Source: an uncultured virus (IMG/VR IMGVR_UViG_2061766007_002383) (Duplodnaviria > Heunggongvirae > Uroviricota > Caudoviricetes). Taken from it: 27,445 bases of DNA. The position numbers were made by a program, and so were the translations under genes. The notes below the pieces were generated by a model, which had not been told where the DNA came from, did not search any database, and was given only the letters and a program-made list of their open reading frames with translations. The DNA lies in IMG/VR virus record IMGVR_UViG_2061766007_002383. One strand, given 5' to 3'. Position 1 is the first letter of the stretch; every line of letters starts with the position of its first letter. Positions 1-7,939 of this stretch are shown here, in pieces.

Positions 1-1
1 A

Positions 2-67
2 CATACAAGTAGCAAATCCAAATGCAGTACCACAAAAACTTGTGAAAAAAATACTTATTTCAGTCAT
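2..67 (-). CDS. Partial hydrophobic ORF (MTENKYFFHKFLWYCIWICYLY...), runs off window edge
   Basis: ATG at 67 after GAGGTGAT SD; manual translation. Confidence 0.5.
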   Translation of the reverse strand, partial: MTEISIFFTSFCGTAFGFATCM

Positions 68-194
68 TCAAAATCACCTCATATTTATTACAACATTTGA
101 CCCAATATTCTAACATTATGTTATGAAAATTACAAAAACCACAATAAAATATTGGTATATAATGTTCGCAACTTTTACATTCTTTTTTGGTCAT
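60..194 (-). CDS. 44-aa Cys-rich miniprotein (MTKKECKSCEHY...CGFC...CCNKY)
   Basis: Manual translation; AGGTGAT SD; ATGA overlap with upstream ORF. Confidence 0.7.
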   Translation of the reverse strand: MTKKECKSCEHYIPIFYCGFCNFHNIMLEYWVKCCNKYEVILND

Positions 195-337
195 TCTACA
201 TCACCTTTTTTCCACCATTCAAAATAAATACAATCTGTTTCACACATATAACTTTCTTTTCCTTTTGGTTTATGAGTACACCATACATCACTTCCCCCAC
301 CCATACCATATTTGCAATTTACACATTCTCTTATCAT
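191..337 (-). CDS. 48-aa Cys-rich miniprotein (MIRECVNCKY...WC...C...CIYFE)
   Basis: Manual translation; AGGTGAT SD; ATGA overlaps on both sides. Confidence 0.7.
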   Translation of the reverse strand: MIRECVNCKYGMGGGSDVWCTHKPKGKESYMCETDCIYFEWWKKGDVE

Positions 338-792
338 TCCACATCACCTTTAAATTCAGTATTATACACTTCAATTACCTTATCAATGAATTTCTGATAA
401 GTTTTTTCATCTAACCAATTTGTAACTAATACTCTATCAAAATCACCAAACCATTGACCAGTAGCATAAATATGCCTTTGTAATTCACCAGTTTCAATAT
501 TGATAGATAATCTTATATGTTCACCAGTATGCTCAAATTTTGACATATCTTTGATTTGTTGTTTTAACTCTTTTTTTTCATTATCAATAGTTTTTGCTAA
601 ATCAATATATCTTTGAGTTTCTAATTCTTCACTCTTTAATTCTTTTCGTAACTGCTCATTTTCTTTTTTAACATCAACATACTCATTCAACAATATACAT
701 ACTTGATATGTTGATAAATATGCTCCATCATACCATATACCCCATCGGTTTGGTTTTGGTAGTTCAACAGTAGTAAATCGTTTTTCAGTCAT
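334..792 (-). CDS. MTxKRF-family coiled-coil hypothetical protein
   Basis: Start moved to MTEKRF (GGTGAT SD); LLNE..ENEQLR motif shared with neighbours. Confidence 0.8.
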   Translation of the reverse strand: MTEKRFTTVELPKPNRWGIWYDGAYLSTYQVCILLNEYVDVKKENEQLRKELKSEELETQRYIDLAKTIDNEKKELKQQIKDMSKFEHTGEHIRLSINIETGELQRHIYATGQWFGDFDRVLVTNWLDEKTYQKFIDKVIEVYNTEFKGDVE

Positions 793-796
793 TATA

Positions 797-1027
797 TCAC
801 CACTCCAATTCATCAACAATCTCATCAAATTCGTGGTCATATTTCCGTTTAAATCTAATTTTCATATCCTTGATTTGTTGTTTTAACTGCTCATTCTCAT
901 CATTTAATTCATTTAACAAACCGACAACTTCTTCTTTCCATAAAGTCTTATATCCATCTCGTATTGCCCACCAAATACAATGTTGGTCATTTGTTTCATA
1001 AGCCAATGTAAATCGTTTTTTAGTCAT
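797..1027 (-). CDS. MTxKRF-family hypothetical protein
   Basis: MTKKRF...LLNELNDENEQLKQQIKDM; ATGA overlap. Confidence 0.8.
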   Translation of the reverse strand: MTKKRFTLAYETNDQHCIWWAIRDGYKTLWKEEVVGLLNELNDENEQLKQQIKDMKIRFKRKYDHEFDEIVDELEW

Positions 1028-1287
1028 TCTAAATGCTCCTTTATCATTTCCCTTGCTTGATTTAAAGAATTTGCTTTATCGAATATGTCTAATATTCCTT
1101 TGCAGTATAGTTCTCTGCAATTCTTATCTGTTAATGCAGTTTCAACAAGTTCAAAGAATAATGTTTTGTAGTGTTCGTTTTCTTCGTGTAACTCATTTAA
1201 CAAATCGCAACAATCCCAAGCAGTTATCTCTTCTCTACATTCAAGTATTGTACTACCTTTCATCGTAAATCGTTTATTTTTAGTCAT
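1024..1287 (-). CDS. MTxKRF-family hypothetical protein
   Basis: MTKNKRF...CDLLNELHEENE; GGTGAT SD. Confidence 0.8.
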   Translation of the reverse strand: MTKNKRFTMKGSTILECREEITAWDCCDLLNELHEENEHYKTLFFELVETALTDKNCRELYCKGILDIFDKANSLNQAREMIKEHLE

Positions 1288-1448
1288 TCATCATCACCTA
1301 CAACCCTAAAATATAATTCATTGTCATTGCTCATATCAAATTCAAGATTATGGATGGTTACTCCTTTGACTTCATCATAACAAGCCAATTTAACTATTAA
1401 TTTATTGTCAAAATCTCTTATAATTGTTCTCAACTCACCTAATCTCAT
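1284..1448 (-). CDS. 54-aa hypothetical protein (MRLGELRTIIRDFD...)
   Basis: Manual translation; GGAG SD; ATGA overlaps on both sides. Confidence 0.7.
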   Translation of the reverse strand: MRLGELRTIIRDFDNKLIVKLACYDEVKGVTIHNLEFDMSNDNELYFRVVGDDE

Positions 1449-1780
1449 TTTTGCAACTCCTTTAATATTCGTATTGCTTTTTTTGTAGCAGTAGCCATAT
1501 AATAAGCATCTTTATTATCTAATTCATTTAATTCTATGTAAGCAATAATATTGTGTTCTGTTGCTTTATCGGAGAATACATCAACTTCATCAGATAACAA
1601 CTCAATAACTTCTTTTATTGTTGCTTTTAACTGCTCATTCTCATCTGCAAGTTCATTCAAAGAATCACAGAGTCTTTGTAAATCTTGCTTTTCATAAGCA
1701 TAATATCCATCAACAGTATTATCAACAATACAGTACCCATCGAATATTTGCTTTTCTACTCTAAATCGTTTTTTGGTCAT
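1445..1780 (-). CDS. MTxKRF-family hypothetical protein
   Basis: MTKKRF...LCDSLNELADENEQLK; start moved to ATGA-coupled ATG. Confidence 0.8.
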   Translation of the reverse strand: MTKKRFRVEKQIFDGYCIVDNTVDGYYAYEKQDLQRLCDSLNELADENEQLKATIKEVIELLSDEVDVFSDKATEHNIIAYIELNELDNKDAYYMATATKKAIRILKELQK

Positions 1781-1949
1781 TTTAACCATCCCAAGTACAT
1801 AAGAATAAACCCTATTAAAAATATTCCACCAAAAAACATTGCCGCTAAAACAATATCTGCAAAGATTACAGTCCAGAAATTATAATCCCAGCCAAGCCAT
1901 TGAATAAATNNNNNNNNNNNNNNNNNNNNNNNNTAGTTACATCAGTCAT
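1777..1949 (-). CDS. Small membrane protein (..WTVIFADIVLAAMFFGGIFLIGFILMYLGWLK), spans an N gap
   Basis: Hydrophobic open frame 1777-1908; probable ATG at 1949 beyond the gap, frame across gap unverified. Confidence 0.6.
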
Positions 1950-1950
1950 T

Positions 1951-2238
1951 TTACCACCTACTATTATCTAATATAAATCTGCGACCATCTTTCAAAGAGA
2001 TGTAAGCATCTTCATCGTTACCATGCCCACAACAAGCATAATCAATAAAGTCGCAGACAGTTAATCCTTGTAAACAAAAATCACAATTTTCAATACCATT
2101 AATATCTAATTGTGGTTTTTTGCATTTTTGACAAATTTTTTTACCATTAATATATTTTTTACCATCTTCTGTTTCCCATCGCCAAAGTTTTTCATTCCAT
2201 ATTATTTTTGTACCATTTCTAATTGCCCATATTGTCAT
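1951..2238 (-). CDS. Phage-type conserved hypothetical protein with CxxC...DxCL...ACCGHG metal-binding motif
   Basis: ORF track; motif recognised from memory as recurrent in viral hypotheticals. Confidence 0.7.
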   Translation of the reverse strand: MTIWAIRNGTKIIWNEKLWRWETEDGKKYINGKKICQKCKKPQLDINGIENCDFCLQGLTVCDFIDYACCGHGNDEDAYISLKDGRRFILDNSRW

Positions 2239-2242
2239 TTAA

Positions 2243-2533
2243 TTACCCCAGTTCTAATGTAATTCCATTCTGTTCGTAATATAATCTATATACATCTGCT
2301 CCAAGTACAGTAATACTATAAAGTCTGCCTTTTCGCATATCTTCATTGTGACAGACAATAAGGTTTTTATCTTTTAATTCTTTTAATACTTTAGAGATAT
2401 GATTTACTCTAATTCCTGTAATCGCCGATAATTCTGTCGGTGTTGCAAACTTTTTAATGTTCAGAATTTCCAGTATTTTTGTTCTATAACTGGAGCGTTT
2501 TACATATGCGTATAAATGTATTAAATCATTCAT
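2243..2533 (-). CDS. Winged helix-turn-helix transcriptional regulator (ArsR/MarR-like, methanogen type)
   Basis: SSYRTKIL...TPTELS..TGIRVNHISKVLKELKDKNLIVC.NED.RKGRLY..T..G matches methanogen wHTH regulators. Confidence 0.85.
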   Translation of the reverse strand: MNDLIHLYAYVKRSSYRTKILEILNIKKFATPTELSAITGIRVNHISKVLKELKDKNLIVCHNEDMRKGRLYSITVLGADVYRLYYEQNGITLELG

Positions 2534-2537
2534 TCAA

Positions 2538-2801
2538 TCATCTCCATTCTAATAATTCTTTTACTGCAGAATTTGGATATACAACAGTACAATGCATTAA
2601 ATCCCCCATTACCCATATTCTTGCACCTACATCTCCACCAGAGATTCGTTGAAGTTTTTCATTATATTCTTCAGCGATTATTTTATTAGCGACTGGTGTG
2701 CCATCTAATTTTTTTATTTCTTTTATTAGCATCTGCATTTGTGCTACACTTTTGCCACCATCAATATCGCCACCTACTACTATTCTTGGTGCTTTATTCA
2801 T
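2538..2801 (-). CDS. Hypothetical protein with Walker A-like GDIDGGKS
   Basis: Start at ATG 2801 (AGGTGG SD, ATGA overlap). Confidence 0.65.
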   Translation of the reverse strand: MNKAPRIVVGGDIDGGKSVAQMQMLIKEIKKLDGTPVANKIIAEEYNEKLQRISGGDVGARIWVMGDLMHCTVVYPNSAVKELLEWR

Positions 2802-2881
2802 TTTATCCACCTACTTATACAACACATTCCTAAAACAACCATAATTACGATTATTGAAAATACTATCACATCGTATATCAT
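2798..2881 (-). CDS. 27-aa single-TM peptide (MIYDVIVFSIIVIMVVLGMCCISRWIK)
   Basis: Manual translation; GGGG SD; fills the gap exactly. Confidence 0.6.
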   Translation of the reverse strand: MIYDVIVFSIIVIMVVLGMCCISRWIK

Positions 2882-3268
2882 TTAATACCCCCTTTTCATA
2901 TAATTTTTTATCCTTCTCATTGTCGCTTCGTTACTTAAATCTTTTGGAAAATCGCTACAATTTAATCTGTATTGTCTTTCTCTTTCTAATGCTTCTGAAA
3001 AACTCATATATGGTTCATCATAATAATATTTGTATTCTATATTATCTAATATTTCTTTTGCTTTATCTATCGTTTTTTTATTAATATGTGATTTATTTTC
3101 ATCCCATTTAAAGCGATTAAACACTTCATCTTTATCGTATTTCAAAGATTGCAATGTGTAAGACAAACAGAATTGAATGGCATTAATATCATCGGTTTCG
3201 CCAGTCAGTTCTTTAATTTCATCTACCCATTTTTGCCGATTATTATGATTTGTATCAAAAATAGTCAT
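2882..3268 (-). CDS. Hypothetical protein
   Basis: ORF track; GGGTGA SD. Confidence 0.75.
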   Translation of the reverse strand: MTIFDTNHNNRQKWVDEIKELTGETDDINAIQFCLSYTLQSLKYDKDEVFNRFKWDENKSHINKKTIDKAKEILDNIEYKYYYDEPYMSFSEALERERQYRLNCSDFPKDLSNEATMRRIKNYMKRGY

Positions 3269-3366
3269 TCTTTCACCCAGTATTTATAAAATAAAGCAAT
3301 TACGAATAGAATTATTACAAATAAGATTATCCAAAAAGAAATAAGATAAATTTGGTGGGGAATCAT
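3265..3366 (-). CDS. 33-aa single-TM peptide (MIPHQIYLISFWIILFVIILFVIALFYKYWVKE)
   Basis: Manual translation; GGTGGG SD; ATGA overlaps on both sides. Confidence 0.65.
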   Translation of the reverse strand: MIPHQIYLISFWIILFVIILFVIALFYKYWVKE

Positions 3367-3458
3367 TTTTTACCCACCAATTTTTGTAGTCTGCATTTTG
3401 CTATTTTGATTTTTTTATCTCTACAACTGTATAGACATTTATTACAATTCCTTTTCAT
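3363..3458 (-). CDS. 31-aa basic Cys-rich peptide (MKRNCNKCLYSCRDKK...)
   Basis: Manual translation; GAGGTGG SD; ATGA overlaps. Confidence 0.6.
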   Translation of the reverse strand: MKRNCNKCLYSCRDKKIKIAKCRLQKLVGKK

Positions 3459-3520
3459 TCTTCCACCTCTATTTCTACTTCTTCTTCAAAATATTCAAGC
3501 AAGTAATCGTTTAATTTCAT
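3455..3520 (-). CDS. 21-aa acidic peptide (MKLNDYLLEYFEEEVEIEVEE)
   Basis: Manual translation; AGGAG SD; ATGA overlaps. Confidence 0.5.
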   Translation of the reverse strand: MKLNDYLLEYFEEEVEIEVEE

Positions 3521-3681
3521 ACTTGCTCTCCTAAATAATTTTTTCGATATAATTTATCGATTTGTTTGTCGGTCATATGGTCGTATAATCCATTTGCAAT
3601 GCACCATTGTGCATACCATTGTTCAACTTGTTTTTCTTCTTCAGTCATATTTTTTCTTTGTTGATATGCTTTTAAAATCAC
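3517..3681 (-). CDS. 54-aa hypothetical protein (...MTEEEKQVEQWYAQWCIANGLYD...)
   Basis: Manual translation; GTG start after GGAGAGTGAT. Confidence 0.6.
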   Translation of the reverse strand: MILKAYQQRKNMTEEEKQVEQWYAQWCIANGLYDHMTDKQIDKLYRKNYLGEQV

Positions 3682-3695
3682 ATTATCACTCTCCA

Positions 3696-3887
3696 TTATT
3701 CAAGTAAATCAAAATGAATATTATTTAATAATTCTAATCTATCTTTGTATATTTGTTTTAATTTTTCTTTTTCAAAATCACTCAATTTTACTGTTAAATA
3801 ACCTTCTTTATCTACCAGTTCAATAGATTTTTTTTCTAATTCCATATATCTTTGTAATGTTTTTTCAATAAAATCTGCACTTACCAT
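3696..3887 (-). CDS. Hypothetical protein
   Basis: Start moved to MVSADF (GGAGG SD). Confidence 0.7.
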   Translation of the reverse strand: MVSADFIEKTLQRYMELEKKSIELVDKEGYLTVKLSDFEKEKLKQIYKDRLELLNNIHFDLLE

Positions 3888-3909
3888 TTTTCTTCCTCCA
3901 TTTATTATT

Positions 3910-3940
3910 TTGTATACACTATTATATATAGTGTACACAA
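3910..3940. promoter_or_regulatory. 13-bp inverted repeat enclosing a TATATATAA box; candidate promoter/operator or RNA hairpin
   Basis: Minus strand TTGTGTACACTAT-ATATA-ATAGTGTATACAA, one G.U pair. Confidence 0.45.
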
Positions 3941-4215
3941 TAATCTTCCATTCCTACTTCTTCGTGATTGAAGTCGCAGAATAATAAATTATTGTTATAG
4001 TAATTTCTTGCACAATTACCACAACAATGTCTAGTTTCATCGACTTTTTCTAATGCTTTAATTTCTTCTCTTAATGAAGTATCAACTTCACTAATTTTTT
4101 CTATAGTTATATGTTCAAGTTCTTGTTTGTCGAATGAATTACAATATTGTTCTGCATTCCATATTTCTAAAAACAAGCCTTTGAATGTTCCTTTGTATTT
4201 TACAATAAATAACAT
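3922..4215 (-). CDS. Hypothetical protein with C-terminal CxxC...C...C motif
   Basis: ORF track; GGTGAT SD. Confidence 0.75.
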   Translation of the reverse strand: MLFIVKYKGTFKGLFLEIWNAEQYCNSFDKQELEHITIEKISEVDTSLREEIKALEKVDETRHCCGNCARNYYNNNLLFCDFNHEEVGMEDYCVHYI

Positions 4216-4512
4216 TTAATCACCTTTTAACCATTTTCTTACATATGTATCGCATATTTTGGAATTAAAATATTTTTCATCAGTTTTTACGATATGTATC
4301 ATAAACATATCTTTAAGTACTTTATTGGTTTTTTCATCTGTTATTTCAATGATGCGATGTCTACCTAATCCCCAGTCATCATCGCCAACATATCCATCTG
4401 CATCTATGCCTTCTTCATCTGCAAAAGTTGCTTCATAACAGATTTTTTTATCCCAAAATAATTCTACAGTTTCTATATTTCCATTTGGTAATTCAAAAAT
4501 GTCTATCCACAT
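4216..4512 (-). CDS. Hypothetical protein
   Basis: ORF track; GTG start with AGGTGAT SD. Confidence 0.7.
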   Translation of the reverse strand: MWIDIFELPNGNIETVELFWDKKICYEATFADEEGIDADGYVGDDDWGLGRHRIIEITDEKTNKVLKDMFMIHIVKTDEKYFNSKICDTYVRKWLKGD

Positions 4513-4520
4513 ATTATCAC

Positions 4521-4919
4521 CTACTTAATTAATTGTTTAATTACTTTTTTGCATTCTTGTGTTATTTCTTTTGTTGTGTATTTTCTACCACTTCTTGACC
4601 ATATATCATAATCTCCATAGTGTGCATAATCCCAACCGATAATCCATTTATCTTTAATTGATGTTCTGACCATACATTTGTATTTTTCAGACCATTCAAG
4701 AAAAGATATTGTTGGTTCGGCATATGTTATTCCACCATGACAATCAATATATATTTCATCATAATGTTTGCCGAAATATTCATCTTTTTCTGTAAGACAT
4801 ACATATGCAGTTGGATGTCTGCCTAAAGAAATCACTAAATATTCATATCCCTTATAAATTCCCCTATTTAAAACAAAAGTTGGTTGCCCTTGTTTGTATT
4901 TATAAACCATTTCTATCAT
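4521..4919 (-). CDS. Phage-type conserved hypothetical protein (HGGITY...IGWDYAHxGD family)
   Basis: Motif recognised from memory as widespread in phage hypotheticals. Confidence 0.8.
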   Translation of the reverse strand: MIEMVYKYKQGQPTFVLNRGIYKGYEYLVISLGRHPTAYVCLTEKDEYFGKHYDEIYIDCHGGITYAEPTISFLEWSEKYKCMVRTSIKDKWIIGWDYAHYGDYDIWSRSGRKYTTKEITQECKKVIKQLIK

Positions 4920-4927
4920 TTAATCAC

Positions 4928-5167
4928 CTATTCATAGTGTCCATCGATTGGTACATCACTTCCACCAATAAATATTGGTTCATAGTCTTCTTCTTCGATT
5001 TGTGGTCTACCTTCTAAATCTCTTAATTGCCTATATAATGCTTTAACATATTCGTTATTAGCACTATATTGGTCATTATCTGCAAAATCTTTAATGATTG
5101 CTCTGATTTCTTTAATTTTCGCTTGTCTTTCTTCTTCGGTGTAATTATCTGTCCATATTCCCATCAT
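4928..5167 (-). CDS. Hypothetical protein
   Basis: ORF track; GGAGATGAT SD. Confidence 0.7.
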   Translation of the reverse strand: MMGIWTDNYTEEERQAKIKEIRAIIKDFADNDQYSANNEYVKALYRQLRDLEGRPQIEEEDYEPIFIGGSDVPIDGHYE

Positions 5168-5178
5168 TTCATCATCTC

Positions 5179-5295
5179 CTATAAGTTGTTGTTAATTATG
5201 CTTAATGTTTTATCAATTTCACTTAACCTTTTGTTTTGTTCTTCTAATGCGATTACTAATCGTTCTAGTAAATTAATTGTGTGTTGGTCTAACAT
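5179..5295 (-). CDS. 38-aa coiled-coil peptide (MLDQHTINLLERLVIALEEQNKRLSEI...)
   Basis: Manual translation; GGAGATGAT SD. Confidence 0.65.
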   Translation of the reverse strand: MLDQHTINLLERLVIALEEQNKRLSEIDKTLSIINNNL

Positions 5296-5513
5296 TTTGT
5301 ATCATCTCCATATTTTTTCCAGTCACTACAACAAATTCCAAAATTTAAGTTTGCCATTGTCATACCATTAATAGGTTCAATACAGAAAATATATGGGCTT
5401 TTAGTAATTTTACCCCTATTTCCATAATGACAATTTAAACAACTTTTTTCACAGTTTTCCAATATGTATTCTGACGCTTCTTTCCAATCTTTAAATGATT
5501 TTGTTTTTTTCAT
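5289..5513 (-). CDS. Cys-rich hypothetical protein (CLNCHY...FC...CCSDW)
   Basis: ORF track; GGTGAT SD. Confidence 0.75.
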   Translation of the reverse strand: MKKTKSFKDWKEASEYILENCEKSCLNCHYGNRGKITKSPYIFCIEPINGMTMANLNFGICCSDWKKYGDDTKC

Positions 5514-5521
5514 ATTATCAC

Positions 5522-6072
5522 TTATTCGTATTCTTTAAATAACCATTTAAGGTCTTTCCACCATTGTTTAACTTCTTTTTTTGCATTTAATGGACATACG
5601 AAATATAAAATATCTCCATTAAATGTTACTTCGTAGCGATTTTCTGTAAGTTTGTTGGCTTGAATGTTACCATATTTAATCGCTTCTTCAAATATATGTT
5701 CAATTTCATATTTATCTACGAAGCATGGTTCTCTATCGTGATATTCATGCCAGTCAAGACACATTAAATCTTCTTCATCATCTAATTCATCAATCCAATC
5801 TTTATTACTTATTCTTTCATTAATAACACATTCAATNNNNNNNNNNNNNNNNNNNNNNTTTTATAAAGAGTAGTCTGTGCATATTGATTTATTTTGGATA
5901 CAAGTGCAGTAATTTTTTCGGCTCTATCGTATACAATTAAATCATATAGCCATACTCCATCTTTATCTTCACATTCTCCATCATAGTAGACATCACAGTA
6001 TACTAGGTTTTCTTTTTTGATAATTTTGTTGATTTCTTTTTTAATTTGATTGATTTTATTTGTTTCCATCAT
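5522..6072 (-). CDS. Hypothetical protein; probably one gene split by the N gap at 5837-5858
   Basis: Frame of 5522..5764 stays open up to the gap (IECVINERISNKDWIDE...), no SD before 5764. Confidence 0.65.
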
Positions 6073-6081
6073 TGTATCACC

Positions 6082-6255
6082 TTAATATTTATCTGTTGTC
6101 TGTAGAATCATTCTAGGTTCTCCACCATCTTCAGTTTCACTTATTTTTGCATAGAATAATTCGCCATCGTGTTCAATAAGAATTTCTACACCACATCCAT
6201 CATCTAAACATTCTAGATATATTCTATTGTGTATATCATAACTTGTTAGTGTCAT
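6082..6255 (-). CDS. 57-aa hypothetical protein (MTLTSYDIHNRIYLECLDD...)
   Basis: Manual translation; AGGTGAT SD. Confidence 0.7.
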   Translation of the reverse strand: MTLTSYDIHNRIYLECLDDGCGVEILIEHDGELFYAKISETEDGGEPRMILQTTDKY

Positions 6256-6284
6256 TGTATCACCTATTTAATTAAGCAATGACT

Positions 6285-6617
6285 TTATAAAGCCATTGCT
6301 CTTATTTTTGCTTCTGCTCTTTCTTTTTCAAGATTTAAAGTATTTAATTGTTTAACTGCATCTTTGCATTCCATATCATCGTAGCATAAGATTCTATCAT
6401 CTGATAGTTTATCGCTCACAGTTAGTACTCCATCTCTAAAGAAGCGATTAACATTGATGATATCCCAATGTAATCGGTCAGGCATATCATCATCCATTAA
6501 TGGTTTTGAAAAACCATTTACATAATTATCTGCTACATCAATTGCTTCATATTCATTTTCTGCGATACCACAGAAATTTCCATCTACATATACTACATAT
6601 ACTTCTTCTTTAAACAT
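6285..6617 (-). CDS. Hypothetical protein
   Basis: Start moved to MFKEE (AGGTGAT SD). Confidence 0.75.
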   Translation of the reverse strand: MFKEEVYVVYVDGNFCGIAENEYEAIDVADNYVNGFSKPLMDDDMPDRLHWDIINVNRFFRDGVLTVSDKLSDDRILCYDDMECKDAVKQLNTLNLEKERAEAKIRAMAL

Positions 6618-7026
6618 TTTTATCACCTATATTATATTTTTCTATATTTTTCATCAAACGATATAGTTCGACACTTTTGTATAAAATCTTTATTCTTGTT
6701 TTCTTTCGCATACACAAATCCTTTGCATCACAATTATCTTTTCGTTGTAAGTGTATCTTTTCATATAATTCAAATTCATTTTTATTAATGAAATATCGAA
6801 TATCTATATCATAATATCGACAATCTGGAATTAAATGATGTCTTATCTTACATAATGAAAATAATGTCATATGATGCTTAAAATTTTTACAATATTGACA
6901 TTGACCATATTTATCATCTAGCGTGTCAAAAACCATATTAACAATATGTTGAACTCCTTTAATAGGTACTTCTGATATATCTATATCTGTGTTATGTATG
7001 CATTGTGCTATTTCTTCTCTGTTCAT
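6610..7026 (-). CDS. Hypothetical protein with CxxC...C...C motif
   Basis: ORF track; GGAG SD; ATGA overlap. Confidence 0.7.
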   Translation of the reverse strand: MNREEIAQCIHNTDIDISEVPIKGVQHIVNMVFDTLDDKYGQCQYCKNFKHHMTLFSLCKIRHHLIPDCRYYDIDIRYFINKNEFELYEKIHLQRKDNCDAKDLCMRKKTRIKILYKSVELYRLMKNIEKYNIGDKNV

Positions 7027-7301
7027 TCTAATCTCTCTCCATATGTTCCTTGTAAATCTTTAATATTGCTTTTGTCTTTTTTCGCACTTTCTTTTGCTTT
7101 TTCTAAATCAATAATCCCCCATACTAATCCTTGTTCAATCACTTTAAGTTTTAAAATGATTAATCGTTTACTTTTAATTGTTTTTTTAACTAATTCGTTG
7201 TCAACTTTATACACCCATTGATATTTAGTTTTTTCACCTTTTAATGTCTGTGTTTTATATTTTTGTCGATGTACTCTATAAAAGCCAGTATTGTTCGCCA
7301 T
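7023..7301 (-). CDS. Basic AP2-like putative DNA-binding protein (NNTGFYRV...WVY...LKLKV...GLVW)
   Basis: Resembles the C-terminal domain of methanogen-virus HNH endonucleases (recalled, not searched). Confidence 0.55.
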   Translation of the reverse strand: MANNTGFYRVHRQKYKTQTLKGEKTKYQWVYKVDNELVKKTIKSKRLIILKLKVIEQGLVWGIIDLEKAKESAKKDKSNIKDLQGTYGERLE

Positions 7302-7927
7302 TATATCACCCCATTACTGACTTTTTCTAACCAACAAACTTCGTTGTATATATTTTGAATTTGTTTTCTTGTCATACTTGTAGGAATTTTTAAATTCCAT
7401 ATTTCTGTAGTATAGAATGGTTCTTCAATATATGTGTAGTTGTCAACAAGTTTATTCCACATTTTATTCTTCATCAATATTTCCATTCGCTTTTGTATGT
7501 CAAAATTTGTATAATTTACTGTTTTAAAAGTGTAATATTTTAGCTGTTCTTGGTTAGTATCTTTAATAATTTGTTGATGTTCATTTTGTAGTTCTTTTGT
7601 TTTAAGTTGCTCTTGTTGTATAATTTTTTTGTTAAAAATTTCTTCAAAATATTTAATGTCTTGTTGTTTGTATCCTTGACTTTTTAAGTACGCAATAGCA
7701 ATATTAGGTTTATTTTCAGTTGGATTTCCAGTTTGTTTATCGTATTTAATTTTACATCTTCTTAAAATATCAGTAAAGTGTTTGTTTATTGTGTTTTTGT
7801 TATTGATAGTACCTACATACGATGCTTTTGTAACTTTGTCTATTTTATTTGCTTGTATATCGTTTTTAACAACAAAAGTACTATATGCAATACTACCAAT
7901 TAATCCTAAAGTAGTAATTAATCCCAC
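7301..7927 (-). CDS. Hypothetical protein with N-terminal hydrophobic anchor
   Basis: MGLITTLGLIGSIAYSTFVV then basic soluble region; GGGGG SD. Confidence 0.75.
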   Translation of the reverse strand: MGLITTLGLIGSIAYSTFVVKNDIQANKIDKVTKASYVGTINNKNTINKHFTDILRRCKIKYDKQTGNPTENKPNIAIAYLKSQGYKQQDIKYFEEIFNKKIIQQEQLKTKELQNEHQQIIKDTNQEQLKYYTFKTVNYTNFDIQKRMEILMKNKMWNKLVDNYTYIEEPFYTTEIWNLKIPTSMTRKQIQNIYNEVCWLEKVSNGVI

Positions 7928-7939
7928 ATAATAACCCCC

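Noticed and set aside
544..1645. Diversity-generating retroelement TR/VR pair
   Set aside because: Repeats are only 21-26 nt, show no adenine-specific pattern, and no reverse transcriptase is in the window
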